A stretch of 64,000 nt of DNA from an uncultured bacterium (GCA_963777505.1 CAVZQN010000003.1:416001-480000); one strand, 5' to 3'. Counted from the first letter of the stretch, positions 1 through 10,141 are shown. Notes: generated by a model not told the origin, from the sequence alone. A program made the numbers and translations.

Positions 1-1031
1 GCAAAAATACTTCCCAAAACCAAATGAATATTAATTTCATGAAGTGCAGCGTAGATGTATCGCGATTGATCGCGAATGATCTCTAATTTCACATCTGCTG
101 GGATCAGTGAACGTATCCGATCCAGGTTTGCTTTACAGGCTTCGATAACCGCAACACTATTTGCGCCGGATTGTCTTCGGACTTGCAATGTAACTGCAGG
201 AGTTCCATTCAAACGCGAAACAGAACGTTGTTCTTTTGTTCCATCTTCAGCCCAACCAATATCTTGCACACGAACTGGAGAACCATTGATTGTCGCAATC
301 ACAAGCTGATTAAATGCTTGAGGGTCTTCAATACGACCCATTGTGCGGAGCACTTCTTCACGTTCGACGCCTGTGACATTGCCGCCAGGCAGATCTGCAT
401 TCTGACGTTGCAGAGCATTCTGAACTGTTGTGATCGGAATTTGATATGCAGCGAGCCTGTCTGCATCGACCCAAACACTAATGGCGCGTTCTAAGCCTCC
501 ATCGATCGTAACTTCGCCAACACCAGAGGCACGCTCCAACTGCAGCTTCACAACTTTATCTGCAATCTCAGTCAGTTCTTTCATAGAACGGTTACCTGAG
601 AGCGCTACAGTTATGACAGGAGTTGAATCATTGTCAGACTTGGAAATAACGGGGGGAAGGGTATCTTCGGGTAAATCGCGAATTACCGCCGAAACACGAT
701 CCCGAACATCCTGGGCGGCTACATCAATATCACGATTCAAATTAAATGTTGCTATAACAAATGATGCACCGGAACCCGAAACGGATCTTAATTGATCAAT
801 TCCTTCGACAGTATTAACAGCTTCTTCAATCGGTTGTGAAATTTGAGATTCGACTTCTTCGGGTGAGGCTCCGGGCAATGTAGTGCGTACAAAAACAGAA
901 GGAAGATCTACGGATGGAAATCGATCAACACCGAGGCGGAAGTAACTGGCAGCTCCAACGACAACAAGTGCAAGAATAATCATGCTTGCGAATATTGGCC
1001 GTTTGATGCTGACTTCTGCTAATTTCTGCAT
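1..1031 (-). CDS. RND efflux permease (AcrB/AcrD/AcrF family), 3' part runs off window
   Basis: Manual translation from ATG at 1031: MQKLAEVSIKRPIFASMIILALVVVGAASYFRLGVDRFPSVDLP, a typical AcrB N-terminus; lies directly downstream of the adaptor gene. Confidence 0.92.
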   Translation of the reverse strand, partial: MQKLAEVSIKRPIFASMIILALVVVGAASYFRLGVDRFPSVDLPSVFVRTTLPGASPEEVESQISQPIEEAVNTVEGIDQLRSVSGSGASFVIATFNLNRDIDVAAQDVRDRVSAVIRDLPEDTLPPVISKSDNDSTPVITVALSGNRSMKELTEIADKVVKLQLERASGVGEVTIDGGLERAISVWVDADRLAAYQIPITTVQNALQRQNADLPGGNVTGVEREEVLRTMGRIEDPQAFNQLVIATINGSPVRVQDIGWAEDGTKEQRSVSRLNGTPAVTLQVRRQSGANSVAVIEACKANLDRIRSLIPADVKLEIIRDQSRYIYAALHEINIHLVLGSIF

Positions 1032-1044
1032 CTCTGAAAATTCC

Positions 1045-2256
1045 TTACTGCGTTATTTTTACCGACTCTCCGCCGACAAGATTTCCTGGTTCAATCACAA
1101 TTGTTTCGCCTTGTTTGAGGCCTTCAAGGATTTCAACTTGATCTTGAGTTTTCCTTCCTGTACGTACCCGCTTTTCGACCGTTTGATTATTTTCAACCGT
1201 GATGACTTTATCCACGCCAGCAAAGGTCACGATAGAAGATTTCGGAACAAGAACCGCGGGCTGTTCGGCGGCAACAACGATTTCAGCCTTTGCGAAAGAT
1301 CCTGGACGAAGCTGTCCCTGTTCATTGGGGACTTCCGCTTCAATCATCAAAGTGCGATTATCCGTTGTCAGCGCCGGGCTAAGCCGGGCTACTTTTCCAT
1401 AATGTGGAGTTTGATCGCCTTCCACTCGCACCTGAACAGTCTGTCCTTTTTTCACGAATGCTGCTTCGCGTTCAGGCACCGCAAGTTTGAGCCGCAGTGG
1501 ATGCATACGAACGATAGTGAGAGCCGGATCTCCTATTGCTAGAAATTGACCCGGCGAAATATGACGAACCTGGACCGATCCATCGATCGGTGAAGTTAAA
1601 GTCGAATCAGAAAATTGTTTTCGTGCAATTTGTAATTCTGTTTCGCGCTGAAACAATAATGCTTGTCTATTGCTGACTTCATCCAATGATTCTTGATATC
1701 GAGCCTCCGCGACTCTGAATGAAGCAACTGCATCGTCGTATTGTGAGCGTGGAACAAGTCCCTGGTTCCATAAGGATTCCATCCGTTCCTGCGTAAGGCG
1801 CGCTTCTTCCAATACTGCGGCGGCTTGTTTTACGACTCCGGTATTTTCTGGATCAATCCGCGATTCGGTTCCATTTTCAAGCGGCATACCCAGGCGGGCT
1901 TTTGCTTGTTGAAGCGCTGCATCAGCTTGCTGGACACGAAGTTCAAAATCCGCAGGCTCCAGGCGAACAAGTGGTTGTCCTTTGCTGACTTTGCTCCCCA
2001 AATCAACCAGAATGTCTCGTACTCTTCCTGTAACCTTTAGACTTAAAACAACTTCTTCCTCAGCAGCCAGAGTTCCGGAAACTCCTACTGTCCTGGCTAA
2101 TTTGCCTTCCTGAGCACGCGCTACACGGACGGACTTTGCCTTTTTATCAGCATTTTCTCGAGTGCTTCGTGCTGAACTATCAGAATTGCAAGCGATAGAG
2201 GCGGAAAGCGCGAGGATTATAAAAAACAGGTATAGGGATCTCATGAGTACTCTCAT
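1045..2256 (-). CDS. RND efflux periplasmic adaptor (membrane fusion protein)
   Basis: N-terminal signal/lipobox-like segment, lipoyl half-motifs (KVTGRVRDILVDLG, SPIDG), alpha-helical hairpin, LRPGSFA and VLVPKSSI motifs. Confidence 0.93.
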   Translation of the reverse strand: MRVLMRSLYLFFIILALSASIACNSDSSARSTRENADKKAKSVRVARAQEGKLARTVGVSGTLAAEEEVVLSLKVTGRVRDILVDLGSKVSKGQPLVRLEPADFELRVQQADAALQQAKARLGMPLENGTESRIDPENTGVVKQAAAVLEEARLTQERMESLWNQGLVPRSQYDDAVASFRVAEARYQESLDEVSNRQALLFQRETELQIARKQFSDSTLTSPIDGSVQVRHISPGQFLAIGDPALTIVRMHPLRLKLAVPEREAAFVKKGQTVQVRVEGDQTPHYGKVARLSPALTTDNRTLMIEAEVPNEQGQLRPGSFAKAEIVVAAEQPAVLVPKSSIVTFAGVDKVITVENNQTVEKRVRTGRKTQDQVEILEGLKQGETIVIEPGNLVGGESVKITQ

Positions 2257-2374
2257 AAATTACCGTTTAAACTCAAATTGCGCAATGAGCCACAGAAAAT
2301 GTTACACAGTTGAAATAAAAGCATGAAGCTTTGAGTCTTTCTGGCTAAAATCAAGTATTCAGGTAATCAATCTG

Positions 2375-3550
2375 ATGGCTAAATCTATAGAACTTCCTGG
2401 AGATAAATCTATATCACATCGCGTTGCTATGCTTGCGGCATTGTCAGACAACGTGTGCTCGCTAAACAACTTTAATACTGGTGCAGACTGTATTTCCACG
2501 CTGAATTGTCTGAAGCATCTTGGAACAGAAATTCACAATTCAAGCACAATCAAGCCTCATCCATTGAAGGCTCCAGCAAATCCGCTTGATTGTGGGAATT
2601 CTGGTTCAACGATCCGGATGTTAACAGGGCTGCTCGCAGGTCAGCAGATTTCCGCCCAGCTTACGGGCGACCTTTCGCTGTTGAAACGTCCGATGAAACG
2701 TGTAGCAGATCCATTGAGAGAGATGGGCGCTGTCATCGAATTAAGTAACGTCGATTATCCTCCAATCAATTTGGTGGAAGGATCAAAGCGTGCAATTCAG
2801 TACACGATGCCTGTTAGCAGTGCACAGGTGAAAACAGCTGTAATTCTTGCGGGTCTTCGATTTGAAGGTACAACCGTAATTGAGCCTGTGCCAAGCCGTG
2901 ATCATACAGAACGTCTTCTTCAACATTTACAAATTGAGACTGGACCTTCCGTTCGCATTCCGGCTTTTTCTTATGAGATTCCAGGAGATCCTTCGTCAGC
3001 CGCATTTTTGATTGTGGCAGCTTTGATACACAAAAAGGAACTTACTATAAGGAACATTTTGCTCAATCCTTTTCGGATCGGTTTCTTGAAGGTGCTTCAA
3101 AGAGCAGGCGCTCCAGTAGAGATTGTTGAGGAAAGAATTCAACAGAATGAATTGGTTGGAGAAGTCCAGATAAAAACCGGAGGTTTTAAGGAACGCCTGG
3201 TAATTACTGCGGATGAGATAACGGGTTTGATTGATGAAATTCCTGCGCTAACTATGGCAGGATTGTCGATTGGATTTGAAGTTCTTGGCGCGAAGGAACT
3301 ACGTGTAAAGGAATCAGACCGCATTCAATCCATGACTTCCAATCTTCGGGCACTCGGAATGGAAGTTGAAGAATGGGAAGATGGGTATCGCGTAAAACCA
3401 GGAAATCCAGCGTTTGGGACAGCGAAAACATTTGGCGACCATAGAATTGCAATGGCATTCGCTTCTGCTGGAATCGCAATCGATAATCGAGAGTGCGTTA
3501 GCATTAGTTTCCCGGAATTTTTTGATCTGCTCAAACACATAACGGATTAA
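2375..3550 (+). CDS. aroA: 3-phosphoshikimate 1-carboxyvinyltransferase (EPSP synthase)
   Basis: PGDKSISHR, DCGNSGSTIR, SSAQVK, SRDHTER, LRVKESDRI and GDHRIAMA motifs. Confidence 0.96.
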   Translation: MAKSIELPGDKSISHRVAMLAALSDNVCSLNNFNTGADCISTLNCLKHLGTEIHNSSTIKPHPLKAPANPLDCGNSGSTIRMLTGLLAGQQISAQLTGDLSLLKRPMKRVADPLREMGAVIELSNVDYPPINLVEGSKRAIQYTMPVSSAQVKTAVILAGLRFEGTTVIEPVPSRDHTERLLQHLQIETGPSVRIPAFSYEIPGDPSSAAFLIVAALIHKKELTIRNILLNPFRIGFLKVLQRAGAPVEIVEERIQQNELVGEVQIKTGGFKERLVITADEITGLIDEIPALTMAGLSIGFEVLGAKELRVKESDRIQSMTSNLRALGMEVEEWEDGYRVKPGNPAFGTAKTFGDHRIAMAFASAGIAIDNRECVSISFPEFFDLLKHITD

Positions 3551-3561
3551 TGGATGATTGA

Positions 3562-4032
3562 ATGCGCATCTACTTAACTGGCTTTATGGGCGCTGGCAAA
3601 ACAAGCGTTGGAAGAGCACTCGCTCAAAAGTTAGGTTGGGATTTTGTCGATTTGGATTTCCAAATTGAGGACTCATCCAAAGAATCGATAGAGGACATTT
3701 TTTCATCAGCAGGTGAGCAAGAATTTCGAAAACGCGAGACTCAACAACTTCGTCAATTGAATCAAGAAAATATTGTGATCGCTACAGGCGGAGGAGCGTT
3801 TATTCATAATCATGACTGGATGCTTCAAAACGGCATGGTGGTTTATCTTGAAGTGCCTTTTGAGGTTTTGGTTTCGCGGATCGGTGCGGAAACATCGCGT
3901 CCACTCTGGAAGAACGCTCAACAACTATTTGAAGAGCGTCAAAAAATCTATGAAAGTGCACACTTGAGAATCAATGCTGCACGCGATGTCGATTTAATTG
4001 TTGCTGATATTGTTGGGCTATTGGGAATTTGA
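3562..4032 (+). CDS. aroK: Shikimate kinase
   Basis: GFMGAGKT P-loop, DLD, IATGGG, RPL motifs; follows aroA. Confidence 0.95.
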   Translation: MRIYLTGFMGAGKTSVGRALAQKLGWDFVDLDFQIEDSSKESIEDIFSSAGEQEFRKRETQQLRQLNQENIVIATGGGAFIHNHDWMLQNGMVVYLEVPFEVLVSRIGAETSRPLWKNAQQLFEERQKIYESAHLRINAARDVDLIVADIVGLLGI

Positions 4033-4037
4033 TCCGT

Positions 4038-5271
4038 TCATTCAGCAGGCGGGACGCCTGCGGTCCCTGATGCAGACGAGACGTCTGCGGTCCCCGATGC
4101 GGACGAGATGGGCGCGGTGTCCTGTTTCCGGTAACGCCGTCCTTTCCAATGATTGCCGCCGCGGAAGTAATAACTCAACATAGAATTCAACATAATCAAA
4201 CCATAAAGAGCCGTTGTAACCGGAAAGCTAAAAAAGTACCAGGGCGATATATCCAAAAAACGGTTCGCTCGAACCTGGATCAAAATCATTGCAAAGACTG
4301 GCAATATGCACAACAACGCAATCTTCCACCAGAAAAAAATCAGCAGCCAGCAGTAAAAGTATTGCAGGTCCGACAATGAGGGAATAAGCGCCTGCAACTG
4401 CTCCGACAATTTTGAGTGGACTGTAATTGCTTCCTTCGAATGCGTGTCGCGTTAAACCATCCCAGATTTCGGAAAATGTTTCGTACATTCGAGTGACAAG
4501 AAGACGCGATTGCGGCATGTATGTTCTGATTTTGTATCCTGACTTTTTGTAAAGCTCAGCAATCCGAACATCTTCAGCCATTGATTCCCGGACAAGGTGA
4601 TAGCCACCTTCATGTCGAAAAATAAGCTGTTTTGTGAGAATAAATCCTCCGGCTGCGACGGCTGTAGAAGATTTCGGATCATTCGATTGATGAAGTGGTC
4701 TCACCATATTGAGAATGATCATAAAGGCAGGCAATACAACGCGTGACCAAAATTTATCGCATTCCATAAAGGGGACGAGCGAAAGTAGATCCAATTTTTC
4801 TTTTTGAGCCGTAGCGATTGCATATTTCACGGTGGAAGAATGAAACAAAATGTCTGCATCGGTAAAGAGAAGCCAGTTGCCTTTTGACAGTGCTGCGCCT
4901 TGTTGATTTGCCCATGCTTTTCCGCGCCAGTCACCAGGAAGTTCAACGCTTCTTACCACAGATAACCGTGAGTCTTGTTTCGCAAGTGATGAAGCGATTT
5001 CGAATGTATTGTCCTCACTGTGGTCATCAACCAAAATGATTTCGAAATCAGGGTAATCCTGTTTCAACAAAGATTGGAGACATTGACCAACGATGTGGCT
5101 TTCATTTCGTGCAGGAACAATAATCGTGACTTTTGGTGTTGAAACAGGCTCCGTATCTTCGGGCAAATAGGGAATTCTGGATAGTCCTCGTGCTGCCTGG
5201 ATCAGGAAACCAATCCAGAATATGTTTATCAAACCGAGCATCAAATAAAAGAGAATTAGCCACACATTCAT
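4038..5271 (-). CDS. Membrane GT2 glycosyltransferase (HpnB/CrtQ-like); apparent +1 frameshift near 4335
   Basis: PARNE, VDDHSED, WRGK, FTDAD, AED motifs; C-terminal TMs and WKGRRY continue in ORF 4038..4409; removing one base from the A7 run at 4333-4339 joins the frames. Confidence 0.85.
4045..4118. repeat. Tandem 27-bp REP-like palindromic units (about 2.7 copies)
   Basis: GCAGGCG-GGA-CGCCTGC-GGTCCC at 4045, GCAGACG-AGA-CGTCTGC-GGTCCC at 4072, degenerate third at 4099. Confidence 0.75.
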
Positions 5272-5374
5272 GTTTTGTACGGACGAGTATTAGATCCGAC
5301 CGATGATTTTACTGCAAGTGCAACGCTGTATTGTGTTTTACAATGGTATCTCCTTAGATTAAGTTATTGATGAT

Positions 5375-5478
5375 TTTGTAGTAAGGCACGCAGTTGAGCG
5401 AATGCGAAACAGTGCCGTGAGTTCTTACGGTACTGTTCGGCCGCATAAATGCGACCGAACTGCGTACCTTACTACAAA
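5375..5478. repeat. GTAG-type REP-like inverted doublet, copy 1
   Basis: Termini TTTGTAGTAAGG...CCTTACTACAAA; two inverted units GTAGTAAGGYACGCAG-[hairpin]-CAGTRCCGT; homologous to 15369 and 62666. Confidence 0.85.
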
Positions 5479-5490
5479 GTTCGAGGGCTA

Positions 5491-6501
5491 ATGCATATTC
5501 CTGATGGATATTTATCTCCCGCGACAGCTGGAGTTTTATATGCCCTTGTTTTGCCATTCTGGTATTGGGCTGGGCAAAAAGTAAAATCGCTTTTTAGAAG
5601 TCGCACTCTTCCATTAATGGCTCTGATGTCAGCGTTTTGTTTTGTGATTCAAATGCTGAATATTCCGCTTCCTGGAGGAACGACCGGTCATGCAGTTGGT
5701 GCAAGTCTTGCGGCATTGATTCTCGGAGTTTGGCCGGCAATCATTTCTGTCTCAGTTGCATTGACGATTCAGGCGCTCTTTTTTGGTGATGGTGGAATCA
5801 CAACTTTAGGAGCTAACTGTTTCAACATGGCTGTTGTTCAGGTTTGGATTACGTATGCACTTTACAATTTGCTGCCGGGCAAAAGGACTGTTGCTGCTGG
5901 TTTCGCAGCATTTATTGGCGCCAATGCAGCCGCATTTTTAACAGCTGTTCAACTGGGTTTGCAGCCTGTTCTGGCTCAGAAACTCGATGGCACTCCTTTG
6001 TTTGCACCCTATCCGTTATCGATCACAATTCCAGCGATGATGATCGGTCACATCGTAGCGGGATTCGCCGAAGCTGTCGTAACAGCCGCAGGCATCGGGT
6101 ATGCGACAAAAGTGATGCCCGAAATCCTTGTGCGAAATAATACGACGCTTGTCACAGAAGCTTCTCAAAAGGCAGATTGGCGGAAATTAAGACATGCATG
6201 GATGATACTCGCAGTGCTTATGTTTCTAACGCCTCTTGGATTGCTTGCACCCGGAACCGCGTGGGGGGAATGGAGTTCCGATCAACTTTCGGATATCGGA
6301 CTTAGCTTCGTTCCTGAGGGCCTCAAGAGGTGGGAAGGATTATGGTCGGCTTTGTTGCCGGATTACACAATTCCAGGAATAGGGGAAAACACAGGTTACT
6401 TAATTTCAGCGGTAGCGGGCGTAGGGATTATTGTTTCCATTTTTTTGATTGCTAATTTTTTAATCCGGCGCCGTCGCATGGAATCATCCGTGCAGTCGTA
6501 G
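5491..6501 (+). CDS. nikM: Ni/Co ECF transporter substrate-binding subunit NikM/CbiM fused to NikN (PDGLE-type) domain
   Basis: Start at 5491 gives the invariant metal-binding N-terminus MHIPDG; GGTTGH, QALFFGDGG; C-terminal AWGEW...LPDY. MHIPDG favours NikM over CbiM (MHIMEG). Confidence 0.88.
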   Translation: MHIPDGYLSPATAGVLYALVLPFWYWAGQKVKSLFRSRTLPLMALMSAFCFVIQMLNIPLPGGTTGHAVGASLAALILGVWPAIISVSVALTIQALFFGDGGITTLGANCFNMAVVQVWITYALYNLLPGKRTVAAGFAAFIGANAAAFLTAVQLGLQPVLAQKLDGTPLFAPYPLSITIPAMMIGHIVAGFAEAVVTAAGIGYATKVMPEILVRNNTTLVTEASQKADWRKLRHAWMILAVLMFLTPLGLLAPGTAWGEWSSDQLSDIGLSFVPEGLKRWEGLWSALLPDYTIPGIGENTGYLISAVAGVGIIVSIFLIANFLIRRRRMESSVQS

Positions 6502-6507
6502 AGTACG

Positions 6508-7326
6508 ATGAGACTTTCCCGCCAGGCGGTCGAAAAGAATCTCGCTAAATTCGCGTCGTTTATTCAGGAAAGTTTTTTTGCCGATGAAACTGCACGTAAA
6601 AAAGGATGGCTGCAAAAGGTCGATCCACGAATCAAATTGTTGGGGTCATTTTTTTTGCTTCTTTGTTCTTCTTTCAGTACGCGGTTATCAACAATCTTGC
6701 TCATCTACATTTTTTCGCTTGTTTTAGCCGCAGGCTCAAGAATTTTTTCAGTATTTTTTGTCAGGAAAATCTGGTTCTATGTTCCATTGTACGTTTCAGT
6801 GATTGCACTTCCTTCGATCTTTTTAGTTCCGGGTACTCCTTTGTATACATTTTTTGATGGTGCGATTGTGATTACAAGACAAGGTGTATCCTCTGCTGTA
6901 TTTCTGATCTCGAGAGTCGCAGTTTCAGTTTCATTGATGATGATGCTTGTTCTCACGACTGGCTGGTCTGATTTGTTGAAAGCATTACGATCCTTGTTTG
7001 TTCCGCGGTTTTTGGTCTTGATGTTATTGATGACATACCGGTATATTTATTTGCTCCTGATGGTTGCTTCGAACATTTTTCTTGCGAAAAAAAGCCGTAG
7101 AATCGGTCCAGAAACATGGCAGACGGCCAGAAGCTGGGTTGAAGTTACCCTTGGCACTCTTGTTGGCAAATCAATTCAAACCAGTCAGGATGTTCATCTC
7201 GCGATGATTTCGCGTGGCTTCAGAGGCGAACCTCAAATCGTAAACCCATTTTCTTTGCGCTTTACCGATTGTCTTTGGGCAGTTGTGTTTTTAAGCGTTG
7301 GAATTGCAGCAATCATGCTCCCATGA
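6508..7326 (+). CDS. nikQ: ECF transporter T component NikQ/CbiQ
   Basis: DPRIKL, TYRYI, AMISRGF motifs; multiple TM segments. Confidence 0.88.
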   Translation: MRLSRQAVEKNLAKFASFIQESFFADETARKKGWLQKVDPRIKLLGSFFLLLCSSFSTRLSTILLIYIFSLVLAAGSRIFSVFFVRKIWFYVPLYVSVIALPSIFLVPGTPLYTFFDGAIVITRQGVSSAVFLISRVAVSVSLMMMLVLTTGWSDLLKALRSLFVPRFLVLMLLMTYRYIYLLLMVASNIFLAKKSRRIGPETWQTARSWVEVTLGTLVGKSIQTSQDVHLAMISRGFRGEPQIVNPFSLRFTDCLWAVVFLSVGIAAIMLP

Positions 7327-8144
7327 ACCTACCACTCTTTAAATTGGATAATGTATCGTTCTCCTATTCCGGGAACGTTGCGGCACTGCAGTCTGTTGAT
7401 TTATCTATTGGCCAGGGATCCAGGATTGCGATCATTGGAGAAAATGGTTCCGGGAAAAGCACTCTGCTCAAACTTCTTGATGGTCTGTATTTGCCGAACA
7501 CAGGAACGATTCAGTTTGAAAACAATGTGCTTACTGAAGAATTGTTGGACAGTGAAAAATTTGTATACGACTTTCGAAGAAGAGTCGCATTTTTGTTTCA
7601 AGATCCTGAAACCCAATTGTTTTCCTCTACTGTACTTGAAGAGATTTGTTATGGTCCGCTGCAATTAAAATGGGATCAAGAAAAAATTCGAGAACGTGCT
7701 CAGGAAATGATGAAGCAATTTGGGATCGATCATCTTGCAGGCCGTCCACCGTTCCGTTTAAGCATTGGTGAAAAGAAGAAAGTAGCCCTGGCTTCTGTAC
7801 TTGCTTCAGATCCTGAAGTTTTGCTTCTTGATGAACCGGTGGCTGCGTTGGATCCACGTACACAAAACCTTCTGCTTGAACTCATTCACGACTGGTCATT
7901 GAATGGAAAAACAATCATTACTTCAACGCACGATTTATCCATTTTGAAAGAAGTTTCAGATGAGGTATATGTTATGCAAAATGGGAAAATTGTTCATAGA
8001 TCCAGTGTAGAAGACCTCTTACGGAAACAGGATTTACTTGAAAGCTACAATTTAATTCATGTTCATACTCATAAACATCGTGATGTGGAACACGCTCATC
8101 CCCATACTCACGATTTTCACGGCCATAAGCATGACGAGGAATAG
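7323..8144 (+). CDS. nikO: ECF transporter ATPase NikO/CbiO with His-rich C-terminal tail
   Basis: GENGSGKS Walker A, FQDPETQLF, LSIGEKK signature, LLLDEP; ATG at 7323 overlaps the nikQ stop (ATGA). Confidence 0.88.
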   Translation: MNLPLFKLDNVSFSYSGNVAALQSVDLSIGQGSRIAIIGENGSGKSTLLKLLDGLYLPNTGTIQFENNVLTEELLDSEKFVYDFRRRVAFLFQDPETQLFSSTVLEEICYGPLQLKWDQEKIRERAQEMMKQFGIDHLAGRPPFRLSIGEKKKVALASVLASDPEVLLLDEPVAALDPRTQNLLLELIHDWSLNGKTIITSTHDLSILKEVSDEVYVMQNGKIVHRSSVEDLLRKQDLLESYNLIHVHTHKHRDVEHAHPHTHDFHGHKHDEE

Positions 8145-8191
8145 GGATTTGTACCGTGCCGGCTATCGAGCCAGCCGAGCTTGAGCAAAGA

Positions 8192-9076
8192 ATGCACGAA
8201 CTCAATCTTCCTTCTTTCGCGAAAATTAATCTTGCCTTGCATGTATTAGGAAAAAGAGATGACGGTTTTCACACGATCTGGACTATTTTTCAAACAATAG
8301 ATTTATTTGATGAGCTTACATTTACATTTCCTGAAGCGTCTTCATTTCGTGTAGTGTTGGAAATTTTAGATAGTAACCTTCCTTCTGATGGCTCCAATCT
8401 GATTTATCGCGCCTGTAAAGCCTTTGATCAAATGTATCCGCTTCAGCATGAAGTCCACGTCAAAGTTAAGAAACGGATCCCGATCGAAAGTGGTCTTGGC
8501 GGCGGATCTTCAAATGCAGCAGCTACTTTGATTGCACTATCAAGGTTATATAAGTGGCCATTTGACGCTGCTGCACTCAGCAAAATCGCAGGTGGTGTTG
8601 GAGCCGATGTTCCGTTTTTCTTGCATGGTGGTACAGCAATCGGAACGGGACGGGGCGATTCTATTGAGCCGCTTTCTGATTGGTTGAACTTTCCTCTTCT
8701 TGTAGTGGTTCCCGGAATTAGTTGTTCCACCGCAGTCATTTACAGGGAATACAGCGACCGAAATTTGTTGACACCCGACGCTAAATCCATTAAGATACGA
8801 GGTGTTCAACGGCCGGAATCCCAGCGGGACTACGTCTCTTTAGTCGAAAACGATTTAGAACGAGTCGTTTTTGAACTGAATCCTGAACTCGATTCCATAA
8901 AGAAAAGATTAATTGACCTAGGTGCGATTGCCGCAGCTCTTACTGGCAGCGGCTCCGCATTGTTCGGCCTCTTTTCAAATACCGTTGATCGTGACAATGC
9001 AGCGAAAGAGTTTCCTGGAAGTGTTCGAACACGGTTTTTGGATCGAGACGAATACCAAAGAGCTGTTGGGCTCTGA
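8192..9076 (+). CDS. ispE: 4-(cytidine 5'-diphospho)-2-C-methyl-D-erythritol kinase
   Basis: AKINL, KRIPIESGLGGGSSNAA, GADVPFF, LTGSGS motifs; classic position before tRNA-Gln-prs. Confidence 0.95.
   Translation: MHELNLPSFAKINLALHVLGKRDDGFHTIWTIFQTIDLFDELTFTFPEASSFRVVLEILDSNLPSDGSNLIYRACKAFDQMYPLQHEVHVKVKKRIPIESGLGGGSSNAAATLIALSRLYKWPFDAAALSKIAGGVGADVPFFLHGGTAIGTGRGDSIEPLSDWLNFPLLVVVPGISCSTAVIYREYSDRNLLTPDAKSIKIRGVQRPESQRDYVSLVENDLERVVFELNPELDSIKKRLIDLGAIAAALTGSGSALFGLFSNTVDRDNAAKEFPGSVRTRFLDRDEYQRAVGL
8768..8796 (+). promoter_or_regulatory. Sigma-70 promoter inside ispE
   Basis: TTGACA (8768-8773), 17-bp spacer, TAAGAT (8791-8796). Confidence 0.65.
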
Positions 9077-9101
9077 TTGATTCATGCAGTCATATGAAGT
9101 T

Positions 9102-9172
9102 TGGGGAGTAGCCAAGCGGCAAGGCACGGGTCTTTGGAATCCGCATCGAAGGTTCGAATCCTTCCTCCCCAG
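9102..9172 (+). tRNA. tRNA-Gln(TTG), CCA not encoded
   Basis: Acceptor TGGGGAG/CTCCCCA, anticodon arm CGGGT-CTTTGGA-ATCCG, T-loop GGTTCGAATCC. Confidence 0.95.
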
Positions 9173-9205
9173 CTTGAAATTGGGTTGAGGTCGTAATTAG
9201 CAATT

Positions 9206-10141
9206 ATGGATCGTTGTAAAGTTTTTACAGGAAATGCAAATCCCGCATTGGCGGAAGAAGTGTGTTCGTATTTGCAAATTCCACTTGGAAAATCGCAATT
9301 AACCCGCTTCAGCGACGGTGAATCTTATTTTCAAATCCTTGAAAATGTTCGAGGAGTTGATGTCTTTGTAATTCAATCCACTTGTTCTCCCGTGAATACG
9401 AATCTAATGGAACTCTTAATCATGATTGATGCGTTTAAGAGAGCATCCGCAGGCCGTATTACTTCAGTGATTCCTTATTATGGTTATGCGCGGCAGGACC
9501 GAAAAGATAAGCCGCGAGTTCCAATTACATCCCGTCTTGCAGCCGACCTAATCAGTATGGCCGGAGCCAATCGCGTTCTGGCTATGGATTTACATGCGAA
9601 TCAGATTGTAGGCTTTTTCAATATACCGGCCGATCATCTATATGCCGCCCCTGTAATATTGAAATACATATTAGAACAAGATTTCAAAAATTTAACGATT
9701 GTTTCTCCGGATGCAGGCGGAGTTGAGCGTGCGCGCGCTTTCGCAGTTCGTTTAAACGCGCAACTTGCAATAGTTGATAAACGTCGTGTAGGTCCTAATA
9801 TTGCCGAAGTCATGAATGTAATTGGTGATGTTAAGGGAAGGACATGCGTGGTTGTCGATGACATTATTGATACTGCTGGCACGTTAGCAAATACTGCAAA
9901 AACCTTGAAAGAACAAGGAGCTGACCGGATTTATGCTACCGCTTCTCACGCTGTTTTGAGTGGCCCTGCAATTAAGAGACTTGAGGATTCGCCACTTGAA
10001 AAAATAGTTGTAACCAACACAATTCCGCTAACACCGGAAAAGCAGATCAGTAAAATCATTCAACTTTCGGTTGCTGAACTTCTTGCAAGAGCAATCACAA
10101 ATATTCATAAGGAATTATCTGTTAGCGAACTTTTTGTATAG
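9206..10141 (+). CDS. prs: Ribose-phosphate pyrophosphokinase
   Basis: RFSDGE, PYYGYARQDRK, DLHA, VSPDAGG, VDDIIDTAGT motifs. Confidence 0.98.
   Translation: MDRCKVFTGNANPALAEEVCSYLQIPLGKSQLTRFSDGESYFQILENVRGVDVFVIQSTCSPVNTNLMELLIMIDAFKRASAGRITSVIPYYGYARQDRKDKPRVPITSRLAADLISMAGANRVLAMDLHANQIVGFFNIPADHLYAAPVILKYILEQDFKNLTIVSPDAGGVERARAFAVRLNAQLAIVDKRRVGPNIAEVMNVIGDVKGRTCVVVDDIIDTAGTLANTAKTLKEQGADRIYATASHAVLSGPAIKRLEDSPLEKIVVTNTIPLTPEKQISKIIQLSVAELLARAITNIHKELSVSELFV

Noticed and set aside
76-2040. Plus-strand ORFs over the RND genes, and similar short antisense ORFs throughout the window
   Set aside because: Shadow frames of well-supported opposite-strand genes, with no motifs or RBS
5375-5478. 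Cobalamin or NiCo riboswitch upstream of nikM
   Set aside because: No B12-box or NiCo consensus recognised; the same element recurs before radA and cstA, so it is a dispersed repeat
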